64,000 bases of DNA from Parcubacteria group bacterium Gr01-1014_31 (GCA_007376135.1 VMFR01000005.1:4141-68140), one strand, 5' to 3'; counted from the stretch's first letter, positions 25,439-34,741 are shown. Translations and numbers: made by a program. Notes: generated by a model from the sequence alone, not told the origin.

Positions 25439-25776
25439 TTCGTTACCAGCTGAGTTACTATCGCAACGATCTTTTTCTGCAGCGCCGGGTCTTGCACGCT
25501 GCGGCTGCGGTTGTCTTGCGACGGCCGCAGGTTGATCATCGAGTCGAATTCGATAAAATTTTCCTCTTGTTCATCCGGATACAGGTTGATACCCCACAGG
25601 TCGGCTTGCAGAGAACCCTGCTCAAGCAGGTACGCCTCTTCGTCGGCGTGCAGCTCGGCGTCAATCGCCATGATCTTTTTCTCCACGTCAACTACCGCTT
25701 TGACCATATTGCCAAAACCATGCGCAGCGATCTGCCGCAACTCCGCAAGAGTTACCGGGGACTGGATGATACGCAT
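25435..25776 (-). CDS. Conserved small protein resembling DUF5674
   Basis: GFGNMVKAVVDVEKKIMAIDAELHADEEAYLLEQGSLQADLWGINLYPD...FDSMINLRPSQDNRSR. The promoter-like motif ends 7-11 bp from the ATG, so the transcript is probably leaderless. Confidence 0.45.
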   Translation of the reverse strand: MRIIQSPVTLAELRQIAAHGFGNMVKAVVDVEKKIMAIDAELHADEEAYLLEQGSLQADLWGINLYPDEQEENFIEFDSMINLRPSQDNRSRSVQDPALQKKIVAIVTQLVTK

Positions 25777-25782
25777 AAAAAA

Positions 25783-25815
25783 ATTTTCCCACCGTTAGGC
25801 CAAAAAGTCAAAATC
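25783..25815 (-). promoter_or_regulatory. Promoter-like motif copy C immediately upstream of the DUF5674 ATG
   Basis: Minus strand: TTGACT-TTTTGGCCTAACGGTGG-GAAAAT, with the -10 ending about 7 nt before the ATG. Confidence 0.45.
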
Positions 25816-25965
25816 ATGAAGTAGGGAACCCGTAACAAGTGGGAGAGGAATTTTTTCTAGATTCCCTCTGCGTCTCGGGAATGACGATTTGTTTTCCCCC
25901 TCACCCAACCCTCTCCCACATCGGGGAGAGGAAAATTATTTTGGGTATAATACAGGTGCTCCTGG

Positions 25966-27429
25966 TTAGTCACCCAAATCAATCACCTCATCAATACGGA
26001 TCTGCGCGACAAAGTCGGGCAAATGCGAGACTAGCACCATTCCGCCGGCGTACTGATCCAGTGCCTGCGCAATGATGGGCAGGTGGCGGAAGTTGATGTG
26101 GTTGGTGGGCTCATCCAGCAGCAGGACGGCGGGCGCCAGGAGTACCAGTCGGCAGAACGACAGCAACCCTTTCTGGCCTTCGGATAACGCGCGGATGGGG
26201 CTGGAAAGCAGCTTCCCGTCAAGCAGGAAACCCGCCGCGGCAGAGCGCAAGAGGTGCTCGTCGGGGCGCTCCATCGCGGCTTTGAGCACCGCGAACGCCG
26301 TCAGGTCGGGGTCCAGGTTGCTGAAATCCTGCTTGTAGTATCCCACGCGCACTTCGGGAGAGATGACTGCATCATCAAAACCGCCGGCATTCAACCGTTC
26401 CAGCAGCGTACTCTTACCCACCCCGTTGGGCCCCGCCAGCAGGACGTGGGTGTCTTTTCGCACCGTCAGATCCAGCGGCCGGCGCACGGGGGCGTGGTTT
26501 TTCAGCGCGGTCACGGCGCGAAACGCGATGAGCTGGCCGTCGAAGTGCCGATCCAGCGCCTGGACCGGAATGGTGAACGGGCGGATGACCTTGTCTTCGC
26601 GGCGCACGTCCACCATCTGTTCTTCGGCAGTCTCGGCAACTTGGCGCATGCGTTTGGCGACGCTCCGCAATTTTCCCCCCTTGTGAGCAAACACTTCCGC
26701 TTGGGCGCGCTTTTCCCGCACCTGCGCTGCCAGGCGCGCGTTCTGCAGATTTTCCCGCTCGATGCGATTTTTGATCTCCTCCACCACCACGCTGTAGTTG
26801 CCGGTGTACTGCTCGATGGTGTGGTTGAACGCGTCCAGATACAGCACGCCGTCGGAAAACGCGTTGAGAAAATCCGCATCGTGGGAGATGACCACGCAGG
26901 TTTTCTCATACGCCATCAAAAAACCGGTCAGGTGCTCGATGCCGATGGCGTCCAGATTATTGGTGGGCTCGTCCAGCAGCAGGACATCCGGGTGCTGGAT
27001 GAGCGCGTGGGCCAGCAACAGCCTAGCTCTCTGGCCGCCGGAACATTTGTTCAGGTGGCGCTCGAAGGGAACGGACAGGTGCACTACTTCGCACACCTCG
27101 GCGATGAGTTTATCGAGATTGTACTTCTGCTCGGTGAACGCGCTGGCAAAGTATTCGCGCACCGTGTGGCCCAGCATCGCTTTGGGCATCACCTGCCGCG
27201 CAATGCCGATGGTGGCATCGGCGGGCGTGAGAAATACGGAACCCTCGGTCGGGGCAAGTTCTCGGGTGATGAGCTTGAAGATGGTGCTCTTGCCGGCGCC
27301 GTTCTGGCCCATCAAGGTGATGCGGCTGCCCGTGCGGACGGAAAAACTGGCTTCCTCAAGCAGCTTATGATCGTGCTCGTATTCGAAGCTCACGTTCGAG
27401 AACCGAAGGATGACGTTATCGTTGGCCAT
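25966..27429 (-). CDS. ABC-F family ATPase with two ABC domains
   Basis: Two Walker A sites (GQNGAGKST, GPNGVGKST) and two signature/Walker B regions (LSGGQRARLLLAHAL...LLLDEPTNNLD, LSEGQKGLLSF...LLLDEPTNH). Confidence 0.8.
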   Translation of the reverse strand: MANDNVILRFSNVSFEYEHDHKLLEEASFSVRTGSRITLMGQNGAGKSTIFKLITRELAPTEGSVFLTPADATIGIARQVMPKAMLGHTVREYFASAFTEQKYNLDKLIAEVCEVVHLSVPFERHLNKCSGGQRARLLLAHALIQHPDVLLLDEPTNNLDAIGIEHLTGFLMAYEKTCVVISHDADFLNAFSDGVLYLDAFNHTIEQYTGNYSVVVEEIKNRIERENLQNARLAAQVREKRAQAEVFAHKGGKLRSVAKRMRQVAETAEEQMVDVRREDKVIRPFTIPVQALDRHFDGQLIAFRAVTALKNHAPVRRPLDLTVRKDTHVLLAGPNGVGKSTLLERLNAGGFDDAVISPEVRVGYYKQDFSNLDPDLTAFAVLKAAMERPDEHLLRSAAAGFLLDGKLLSSPIRALSEGQKGLLSFCRLVLLAPAVLLLDEPTNHINFRHLPIIAQALDQYAGGMVLVSHLPDFVAQIRIDEVIDLGD

Positions 27430-27573
27430 GGGGGAAATAATATTTCTCTACTTCGAGCGAGCCGCGCGAGTCGAGAAGTAAGCTCATAGGTAGCTTCTCG
27501 ACAAGCTCGAAGGCTATTTTTTACTTTTCAACTATTCCTCAACCGTTTCAAAATACTGGCTCATCCCAAATGC

Positions 27574-28839
27574 CTAGCAACTGTTCCCTGCCACAAAACC
27601 GGTCGTCCAACACAACTGCAGACTGTAGCCCCCCGAAGGACGGTCAATGTTCAAAACGTCGCCGACCAAATAGAGATTCGGCACCAGCCGCGACTGCATG
27701 GTTTTAAAATCCACCTCGGGCAGCGCGACACCGCCCGACGACACCACGGCCTTATCCGCACCCAGCAGGCCCTGCACGTGCAGGGGTATGGCCTTGAGCA
27801 GCGCGACCAGAGCGCGTCGGTCAGCACTGCGTACGCTGTGGTTGGCAGTCTCGCCATCAATACCGGCAAGCTCCAAAATTGCGGCCACCAGCGCCGCCGG
27901 AATGAGCCTACCCAAAGTATTTTTCAATTTTTTATTGCTCTCGGCCACCAGGTGGGTTTGCAGCTCTTGGCGCAGCTGGGCGTGGTCCCGGGACGGGAAC
28001 AGGTCCAGTACGATTTGCACGTCGCCGTAGCGCAGCAGCTCGCCCACGTGTTTGCTCATGTTCAACACCACGGGCCCACTGATGCCAAAATGCGTGAACA
28101 GGAGCTTGCCCTTGTGTACCTCCTGCTTCTGCTGATTTTGGAACGTGGTGAGTTTGCACGCTGGCAGAGCCACGCCGCCCAATTTTTTCGCCCATGCGTC
28201 GTGGAGCGCAATAGGCACCAGGGCAACGTCATTTTCTATGATGGTATGGCCGAGCTGCTTCAGCCAGGCGTAGCCCTCGCCCGTGGAGCCGGTTTCCGGC
28301 CGCGAAGTGCCGCCCGTCGCCACGATGCACGCTGCGGCCTCCAGCTCGGGCGCATTTTTGCGCCGGATGCGGATGTGGCCCGTGCTTTGGTCCACCGCCA
28401 AACCGCGAACGGCGGCGGAAGTTTGTACCTGCACGCCGCCTTGCCGCACGTAGCCGGCCAGCACGTCGAGCACCGACTGCGCGGAATTGGAAACCGGAAA
28501 TACCCTCCCCTCCGCCTCAACTTTCGTCGCCATCCCGCGAGCGTGGAAAAAACTTAAGCTTTCCTCCATGCCAAACTGCGAAAACGCGGAGAACAGGAAT
28601 TTGTCATTGCCTTTGTATTTGGCGAGCAGCGTGCGGGTCTGGGGCGCGGCGTTGGTCACATTGCACCGTCCGCCGCCGGTGATGAGCAGTTTCTTCCCCA
28701 AGATGGCATTTTTCTCCAACAGCAACACCGAACGGCCGCGCTCGGCCGCCCGGCCGGCCGCCATCATCCCAGCCGGACCGCCGCCGATGACCACCACTTC
28801 CCAGCGGGTTGGAGCAATGGGTTTCCCCTGCGACATCAT
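27574..28839 (-). CDS. HI0933-like FAD-dependent flavoprotein (BaiN / aminoacetone oxidase family)
   Basis: VVVIGGGPAGMMAAGRAAERG Rossmann fold, GGGRCNVTN, and C-terminal GYSLQLCWTTGFVAG. Confidence 0.7.
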   Translation of the reverse strand: MMSQGKPIAPTRWEVVVIGGGPAGMMAAGRAAERGRSVLLLEKNAILGKKLLITGGGRCNVTNAAPQTRTLLAKYKGNDKFLFSAFSQFGMEESLSFFHARGMATKVEAEGRVFPVSNSAQSVLDVLAGYVRQGGVQVQTSAAVRGLAVDQSTGHIRIRRKNAPELEAAACIVATGGTSRPETGSTGEGYAWLKQLGHTIIENDVALVPIALHDAWAKKLGGVALPACKLTTFQNQQKQEVHKGKLLFTHFGISGPVVLNMSKHVGELLRYGDVQIVLDLFPSRDHAQLRQELQTHLVAESNKKLKNTLGRLIPAALVAAILELAGIDGETANHSVRSADRRALVALLKAIPLHVQGLLGADKAVVSSGGVALPEVDFKTMQSRLVPNLYLVGDVLNIDRPSGGYSLQLCWTTGFVAGNSC

Positions 28840-28854
28840 GGTTATAACGTTCCT

Positions 28855-28892
28855 GACGAGAAGAACCGCCCTCCATGGAGGGCGGTTCTTGC
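28855..28892. terminator. Hairpin terminator downstream of csp
   Basis: agaaccgccctccatggagggcggttctt. Confidence 0.55.
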
Positions 28893-28902
28893 ACTGCTGC
28901 GC

Positions 28903-29100
28903 TTACGCGCGAGCGACGTTGGTGGCGGCCGGACCCTTGGGCCCGTCCACGACCTCAAAGGTTACCGTGTCGCCGACCTTCAGTTCGCTGTAGGTCACTC
29001 CCTTGAGTTCCTTGGAGTGAAAAAACAGGTCTTTGGCCTCGCCTTCGCGGGCGATGAACCCAAAGCCTTTTTCCGTCAGCGTCTTGATAGTACCAGTCAT
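28903..29100 (-). CDS. Cold-shock protein (CspA family)
   Basis: GTIKTLTEKGFGFIAREGEAKDLFFHSKEL...GDTVTFEVVDGPKGPAATNV; RNP motifs. Confidence 0.85.
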   Translation of the reverse strand: MTGTIKTLTEKGFGFIAREGEAKDLFFHSKELKGVTYSELKVGDTVTFEVVDGPKGPAATNVARA

Positions 29101-29483
29101 GTAATTGTGCGTACGTTAACTTATTTTCAGAAACTCGACAACGATTTCTGTAGCTTAGCAGCGTGCCGCCACTCTAGCACAAACGTAGGATTATTTCAAA
29201 TTCCCTGAGCGTCAGGTGCGCCCATTGGTTTCTGACACCTTTTGGTACCTTTCTTAGACCACCGCCGTCGGCGGGGCAAGAAGGTACCGCTAAAGTCGCG
29301 CCCCGTGTCGGAAAGTAGAAAAAATCGGGTTGCTTGACTTCCGCATGGGCGGCAGTGACGGTCCGGCCGCTGCTGCCAAATACATATTGACGAACATAGA
29401 TGTTTGACCTAAATATTACAGTACTTCCACGCCCCTTTCGGGGAGGTCGACGGCGGGACTAAAGGTAACTTATATTTTTTCTT

Positions 29484-30116
29484 ATGATAGCAACTCTTCC
29501 CATGCCGATGCGACGCGCAGCAGCCTTGCTGGCGGCAGCCGGGCTGCTCCTGGCGGGGCTCATGTTCGCGCTGCAACAGCGGCCGGCGCAGGCGGCTCCG
29601 TCCTCCGCGGCGGGCGGCATGTGTCCCCGCGACACGGCCGGCACGATCTATCTCGAGATCAAAGGTATTGAGGGCGAATCCAAGGACCAGCAGCATCCGG
29701 GCTGGCTAGAACTTGAATCCTACAGCTGGGGCATGACCCAGACGGGCGCGATCGGCGGCGGTGGGGGCGGCGGCGCCGGCAAGGTCAGCATGCAGGATTT
29801 CCACTTCACGATGAAGATGGATAAAGCCTCGCCCAAACTGATGCAGGCCTGTGCACTTGGCGAGCACCTCCGCGAGGTCAAGCTGGACGTGCGGCGCCCC
29901 AACGCCCCGGAATCCTTCCTGCAGTGGACGATGGAAGACGTTTTCTGCTCGTCATACCAGACGAGCAACATCGCAAACGGCGACGCCCTTCCGACCGAGC
30001 AGGTCAGCCTGAACTTCGGCAAGATCAAGGTTTCCTACACCGAGCAGGACAAGATGTGCAAACCGGGCGAAAAAACCGAATTCCAGTGGGACGCGGAGAC
30101 CAATACCGGCGTCTAG
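29484..30116 (+). CDS. hcp: Hcp1-family protein (type VI secretion tube protein) with an N-terminal Sec-type signal peptide
   Basis: IYLEIKGIEGESKDQQHPGWLELESYSWGMTQTGAIGGGGGGGAGKVSMQDFHFTMKMDKASPKLMQACALGEH aligns closely with P. aeruginosa Hcp1 (IKIGDVKGESKDKTHAEEIDVLAWSWGMSQSG...GGGGGAGKVNVQDLSFTKYIDKSTPNLMMACSSGKH). The N-terminal 45 aa, MPMRRAAALLAAAGLLLAGLMFALQQRPAQA|AP, is a canonical signal peptide. An alternative internal start at 29619 would give a standard Hcp. Confidence 0.7.
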   Translation: MIATLPMPMRRAAALLAAAGLLLAGLMFALQQRPAQAAPSSAAGGMCPRDTAGTIYLEIKGIEGESKDQQHPGWLELESYSWGMTQTGAIGGGGGGGAGKVSMQDFHFTMKMDKASPKLMQACALGEHLREVKLDVRRPNAPESFLQWTMEDVFCSSYQTSNIANGDALPTEQVSLNFGKIKVSYTEQDKMCKPGEKTEFQWDAETNTGV

Positions 30117-30135
30117 CGGCCTTTTCCACCGGATG

Positions 30136-30170
30136 CAAAAACCCCCGGGCGCTCCGGGGGTTTTGTTTTC
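30136..30170 (+). terminator. Rho-independent terminator after hcp
   Basis: aaaaacccccgggcgctccgggggttttgtttt. Confidence 0.7.
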
Positions 30171-30236
30171 TACGTTATCGCCGATCAAGGCATTTTGTGG
30201 TAGAATACAGTACATCGAAATAATAACCCAACCTAT

Positions 30237-32042
30237 ATGCCAAAGCGAGCGCCCCGCAAGCGGCAACCGCACCCGCTGTCCCTCCACGCGAAAATCGCGC
30301 ACACGTATGCCTGGCTGATGGTCTGGACGTACGCTGATTTCGTTTTGGGGGTGATCATCGGAGCGACGGTGTTTTCCCTCTTCCCCCCGACGGTCACGCC
30401 CGGGGCTCTCCGCGCCTACGCCGCGCCGGGAGTCACCATGGCGGCGACGGCCGTTGCCTCGCCGTCCGCCTACGTCATCTACGTCAGCGTGGATGGCTTG
30501 CGCCCGGACGCCGTCACGAATCTGGGACCGGCCGGCGCGCCGAATTTCTACCGCCTGATCAACGAGGGGGCAACGACCTTGAACGCCCGCACCGACTACG
30601 ACTATACCATCACCCTGCCCAACCACGTGACGATGGCCACCGGACGAGGGGTCAACGGCAGCAACGGCCACAACTGGACCTTGAACTCCGACCCCGCGCC
30701 CGGCCAGACCATCCACAGCAACAAGGGCAGCTATGTGGCCAGCGTCTTTGACGTCGCCCACGACAACGGCCGTCGGACCGGCCTGCTGGCGAGCAAAACC
30801 AAGTTCAGCTTGTTCGATACCAGCTACGACGCCGCCAACGGCGCGCCGGACACCACGGGAACGGACAACGGCCGCGACAAGATCGACACCTACGTGTACA
30901 ACGGCAGCACCGCCAACCTGACGTCGCGCTTCATCAACGACATGAACGCCAATCCCTATCATTTCAGCTTTGTCCACTTTGCCGACCCCGACACGGTTGG
31001 CCACGCCAACGGCTGGAACCCCACGCCCGGTTCCGCCTATTCCAACGCGGTGAAAACCGTGGACGGGTACCTCGGGCAGATCCTACAGCTCATTGACTCC
31101 AACAGCACGTTGAATGGCAACACGACGCTCATCGTTTCCGCCGACCACGGCGGCAGCGGAGGCGACCACTCCAACGCCACGCTGCCGGAGGACTACACCA
31201 TCCCGTTCTTCGCCTGGGGGAAAAATACGGCCGCCGCTGCCGAGCTCTACGGGCTCAATCCGGCCTCGCGGCTTGACCCGTTCACCGGGCGCCCGACCTA
31301 CGGCGCAACGCCGCAGCCCATCCGTAATGGCGACGCGGGCAATCTGGCGCTCTATCTGCTGGCGCTGCCCCCCATCCCGACTTCCTTCATCAACGCCAGC
31401 CAGGACCTCGCGCTGACGGCGGGTGGCCCCACTTCCCCGGTCGCCAACGCCGGGCCGGACCAGTCTAAAACGGACACGGATAACACTGGGAGCGAAACCT
31501 TTACGCTTGACGGGAGCGGCTCCTTTGACCCCGACGGGACCATTACTGCCTACGAATGGTCCGAGGGCGGCTCGACCATCGCGACCACCCCCACGTTCAG
31601 CCGGGATTTCGCCGTCGGTTCGCACTCCGTGTACCTGACCGTCACCGACGACAGCGGGCTGACCAGCCTGGACACTGCGGTGGTTACCGTCAACCCGTAT
31701 GTGGCGCCGCCGCCAGCGACCACGATCCATGTCGGGGGCATCACCATGGGCAAGGAAACGACCATTCGCGGCAAAAAACCCTACTGCCGCGCCATCGCCG
31801 CCGTGGCCATCGTCAACCAGGACAACGCGTCGATCAAGAGCGCCAACGTAATGGGCCAATGGGCAGGGTCGGTAACCGCGACTGCCAGCCTTTCCACGAA
31901 TCGGAACGGTGTTGCCACGTTCCGCAGTTCGTGGACGCAAAATTGCGGGGTCTTTACCTTCACGGTTGCCGACGTGGTGCTGGCTGGATACGTGTACGAC
32001 CCGTCGCTGAACGTAGCAACCACCGCCAGCATCAGCTTCTAG
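30237..32042 (+). CDS. Alkaline-phosphatase-superfamily phosphodiesterase/phosphatase with a PKD domain and C-terminal beta domain; membrane-anchored/secreted
   Basis: YVIYVSVDGLRPDA is the AP/NPP metal-site motif. PKD domain: ANAGPDQS...FTLDGSGSFDPDGTITAYEWSEGG...HSVYLTVTDDSGLTS. N-terminal TM helix. Exact start uncertain. Confidence 0.6.
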   Translation: MPKRAPRKRQPHPLSLHAKIAHTYAWLMVWTYADFVLGVIIGATVFSLFPPTVTPGALRAYAAPGVTMAATAVASPSAYVIYVSVDGLRPDAVTNLGPAGAPNFYRLINEGATTLNARTDYDYTITLPNHVTMATGRGVNGSNGHNWTLNSDPAPGQTIHSNKGSYVASVFDVAHDNGRRTGLLASKTKFSLFDTSYDAANGAPDTTGTDNGRDKIDTYVYNGSTANLTSRFINDMNANPYHFSFVHFADPDTVGHANGWNPTPGSAYSNAVKTVDGYLGQILQLIDSNSTLNGNTTLIVSADHGGSGGDHSNATLPEDYTIPFFAWGKNTAAAAELYGLNPASRLDPFTGRPTYGATPQPIRNGDAGNLALYLLALPPIPTSFINASQDLALTAGGPTSPVANAGPDQSKTDTDNTGSETFTLDGSGSFDPDGTITAYEWSEGGSTIATTPTFSRDFAVGSHSVYLTVTDDSGLTSLDTAVVTVNPYVAPPPATTIHVGGITMGKETTIRGKKPYCRAIAAVAIVNQDNASIKSANVMGQWAGSVTATASLSTNRNGVATFRSSWTQNCGVFTFTVADVVLAGYVYDPSLNVATTASISF

Positions 32043-32066
32043 GCGCTCGCGGGAAAAACAATTCGC

Positions 32067-32100
32067 CAAAAAGCGCCGTCCTAGGACGGCGCTTTTTTTA
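32067..32100. terminator. Bidirectional rho-independent terminator
   Basis: aaaaagcgccgtcctaggacggcgcttttttt. Confidence 0.7.
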
Positions 32101-32230
32101 CTGCGGCAAGCAGGACCGGCTTAATTACTCTGCAAATTCTTCTTCAGGAACGCGAGCGTCTTTTCCCAGGCGTCCTTGGTCTCCTGCGGTCAGGCCGGCG
32201 CGTGCCGGCCTGACCGCAGGAGAGAAACAA

Positions 32231-32713
32231 TTACTGGCGCCGCCGCGCGCGGACGAACAGGAAGACCGCGATGGCGGCCACGGCAATGACAATGACCCAC
32301 GACATCGGCCCGCCCTTCGCACTCTCCCCGGCAGTTGCCGGGGCATCGGTTCCCAGAGCCGGCACCGGCGTGCCAACCACCCGCTCCTCCGCGGTGATGT
32401 CGTCTTGCTTGTCCGCGACCCCGTCGGCGTTCGTGTCGGTCAGCTCGGCAACGACTTGGTCATTTTCCCAGCGCAGCCAGAGGTCGTTCTTGCCGTCCTC
32501 ATTCTGGTCGTACGCGGTCAACACCATGGCCTCGCCGTCGTAGTAGGTGGTGCGGTCGGTCTTGCCGTTGCCGTCGGTGTCGGCGGCAACCACCTCGGTA
32601 TACGCGACGCTCTGCCCATATACCTCCACGGTCTGAGGGGTGGTGGTCTGGGCGAACGCCAGGACCGGGGCGAACAGCGCAATGGTACTGAGAGAAAAAA
32701 TGCGGTTTCGCAT
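32231..32713 (-). CDS. Secreted Ca-binding-like (EF-hand / thrombospondin type-3-like Asp repeats) protein with a C-terminal TM anchor
   Basis: Signal peptide MRNRIFSLSTIALFAPVLAFAQ. Asp/Asn/Gly loops: DTDGNGKTD, DQNEDGKNDL, DTNADGVAD. C-terminal TM then RARRRQ. Confidence 0.5.
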   Translation of the reverse strand: MRNRIFSLSTIALFAPVLAFAQTTTPQTVEVYGQSVAYTEVVAADTDGNGKTDRTTYYDGEAMVLTAYDQNEDGKNDLWLRWENDQVVAELTDTNADGVADKQDDITAEERVVGTPVPALGTDAPATAGESAKGGPMSWVIVIAVAAIAVFLFVRARRRQ

Positions 32714-32718
32714 AGCAA

Positions 32719-33924
32719 TTACTGGTTTGCCTTGGCCTTCTCTTTCTGGCAAGCGTCGATGAGCGAGGACTTCACGCGGTCTTTCTCCTTGGCCTCCCAC
32801 TGGACCAGATCATTCTGGAATTGGGAAGCCTGCTGCTTGAGCACGTCGGCCTGCAGGCGGCGCGCGCGGTTCTTCAGATAGCTTTCCTGCAGCACGTCGT
32901 CGATGCCGCGGTTCTTCAGGTGTTGCTGGCGGAGGATCTCCACCTCTTCGTCGGTCAGGTCGGCCGAGCCGAAGGTGGATTTCACCGATTCCGAGACCAC
33001 GGTGGTGGCGATGGTCAGGGGATCGCCGACGCTCTCCAGCGCGTCCAGCGCCGCGGACAGCCCGACGGACTTGACCTTACCCGTCACCGAATCCGTGTTG
33101 ATGGCCAGCTTGGAATCGCCGGGCGTCACCTGTCGCACCAGCTTGATCTTGGCCGCGAGCACTTCCGCGACGCTCTCGAAATCCAGCACCTTCTCAAAGC
33201 TGCCCTTCATGCCGCGGTTGGCATCGATGGTGTCGTAGGTCACCCAGGCCAGCCGCCAGAAAGATTTCAACAGGTTCGTCTTGATGTTTTGGACCAGCGC
33301 CTGCTTGTACTCGCGCAGCTCCACGCGCACCAGCCGGTCGACTTCCATATCGCGTTCCAGGAGGAAGATCTCGAGCTTCGCATCAACGATCTTACCCATG
33401 GTCGCCGCGTGTTCCTTGCCTTCAAAGCTGCGGTCCGACGGCGCGATGCGGTCGTCCAGGTCCGAGTACTTCTTCCAGTCGCTATCGAAAACCGACGCGT
33501 TGATCTGGCAGGTCTTTGGGTTGATGGGGCCGCTCAGGTCGGCGGCCTCCTCGGCATCCACGCATTTGCCGTTCACGGCCTTGGTGCCTTCCTTGCAGTA
33601 ACGGCACTCGTCGGAGGCAAAGATGCCCCCGGCAGCCTCGCAATTGCCCTTGAAAGCCGCGCGTAACTCATCCACCCAGGCTTTGTAGCCGGCTTGGACC
33701 TTGCTGTTGGCCGCGCTCTTGCTCTGGCCGATGTCCTTGCAGTACTCGTTGTGGAACGCGCACTTACAGTAGCGGAAATCCATCTTCGCCCCGCAGTAGT
33801 CGTCGCGGATGTCGGGGGCGCGGAATTTGTCCACCTTGGCGTACGACGCGGCGAACGCGACGGCGGCAAAACCAAGCCCCGCCGCGACCGCGGCTCTCGT
33901 CCCCCAGGCGCGCATAGATTTCAT
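32719..33924 (-). CDS. Hypothetical secreted protein with a Cys-rich N-terminal region
   Basis: Signal peptide, then a region with 10 cysteines, then a long helical region. Confidence 0.45.
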   Translation of the reverse strand: MKSMRAWGTRAAVAAGLGFAAVAFAASYAKVDKFRAPDIRDDYCGAKMDFRYCKCAFHNEYCKDIGQSKSAANSKVQAGYKAWVDELRAAFKGNCEAAGGIFASDECRYCKEGTKAVNGKCVDAEEAADLSGPINPKTCQINASVFDSDWKKYSDLDDRIAPSDRSFEGKEHAATMGKIVDAKLEIFLLERDMEVDRLVRVELREYKQALVQNIKTNLLKSFWRLAWVTYDTIDANRGMKGSFEKVLDFESVAEVLAAKIKLVRQVTPGDSKLAINTDSVTGKVKSVGLSAALDALESVGDPLTIATTVVSESVKSTFGSADLTDEEVEILRQQHLKNRGIDDVLQESYLKNRARRLQADVLKQQASQFQNDLVQWEAKEKDRVKSSLIDACQKEKAKANQ

Positions 33925-33972
33925 AACGGCACCAGTTTTACACTTCCCGCTGCTCCCGTCAACGCAGGCTAT

Positions 33973-34656
33973 TCACAGGTAGGCGACGTAACGGTACATC
34001 ACCCAGAAATGGCTGAAGCTGCCGGCGATGACGAAGAGGTGGAAGATCTCGTGCATCCCCAGCCAGCGGGTGCGCGGCAGGACCCGGTCGAGACCGAAAA
34101 AGACGGTGCCCAGCGTGTAGAGGATGCCTCCGGCAAACAGCCAGGCAATGCCGGCCGCAGGCAGGATGGTCACGAGTTTTGCCATGGCAACCATCACCAG
34201 CCAGCCGATGCCGATGTAGAGAAAGACCGACAGCCACGGGTTCAACATGATGCCCGCGCCCTTGAGGATGGCGCCGGCGAGCGCCAAACCCCAGACGACC
34301 CCGAACAGCGTCCAGCCCCAACCGCCGCCGAGCGCCACCAGGCAAATGGGTGTATACGTGCCCGCGATAAGCAGGTAGATGGTCGCATGATCAATGCGTC
34401 GCAGGATAAGCTTCCCCCGCCAGGACGCCGGCGCCAGGTGGTAGAACGTACTGGCCAGGTACAGGAGCAGCAGCGTCGCCCCGAAGACCGAGAACGAAAC
34501 GACCTCGCGCGCCGTGCCGGAAACCGCCGCAAACCCGATGAGCGCGACGGTACCCAGCACCGACAGCAGGAACGCCGCAAAGTGCAGCAGGCTGCTGCCG
34601 GGCTCATTATCCGCCTGAGGATGGAGCACGAGATGCCGAACCGGGTAGCCCATCAT
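33973..34656 (-). CDS. Hemolysin-III / PAQR family membrane protein
   Basis: Seven TM segments; motifs STFYHLAP...LRRIDHATIYLLIAGTYTP...HEIFHLFV. Confidence 0.75.
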   Translation of the reverse strand: MMGYPVRHLVLHPQADNEPGSSLLHFAAFLLSVLGTVALIGFAAVSGTAREVVSFSVFGATLLLLYLASTFYHLAPASWRGKLILRRIDHATIYLLIAGTYTPICLVALGGGWGWTLFGVVWGLALAGAILKGAGIMLNPWLSVFLYIGIGWLVMVAMAKLVTILPAAGIAWLFAGGILYTLGTVFFGLDRVLPRTRWLGMHEIFHLFVIAGSFSHFWVMYRYVAYL

Positions 34657-34741
34657 ACTTCATCATTATCCTGCGGACAGCTCGCCGCGTCAAAAAAAAG
34701 AGCGCCCACGGCAGGAGCCATGGGCGCAGGAACGGAAAGAT

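Noticed and set aside
26254-27489. Long plus-strand ORF (411 aa) antisense to the ABC-F gene
   Set aside because: Arg/Gly/His-rich low-complexity translation, typical of the antisense frame of a high-GC gene. The minus-strand product has clear duplicated ABC ATPase motifs.
27480-27550. Hairpin (tcgagaagtaagctcataggtagcttctcga) between the HI0933-like and ABC-F genes, considered as a terminator
   Set aside because: No U-run follows on the minus (transcribed) strand. It may be a regulatory structure but cannot be called a terminator from sequence alone.
29100-29480. Long 5' region upstream of the cold-shock gene, considered as a cspA-type RNA thermosensor
   Set aside because: Plausible by analogy, but I could not identify conserved cold-box elements by eye.
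29739-29780. Gly-run (GGGGGGGAG) in the Hcp-like ORF, considered as a low-complexity artefact or frameshift
   Set aside because: Genuine Hcp1 proteins contain the same GGGGGAGK loop at the same position, and the flanking alignment stays in frame.
29952-32881. Several long ORFs (29952..31004 -, 31083..32069 -, 31556..32881 +) overlapping the AP/PKD gene and its neighbours
   Set aside because: Antisense or shifted frames with R/G/H/D-rich junk translations. The plus-strand AP/PKD gene and the minus-strand EF-hand gene carry recognisable domains and signal peptides.
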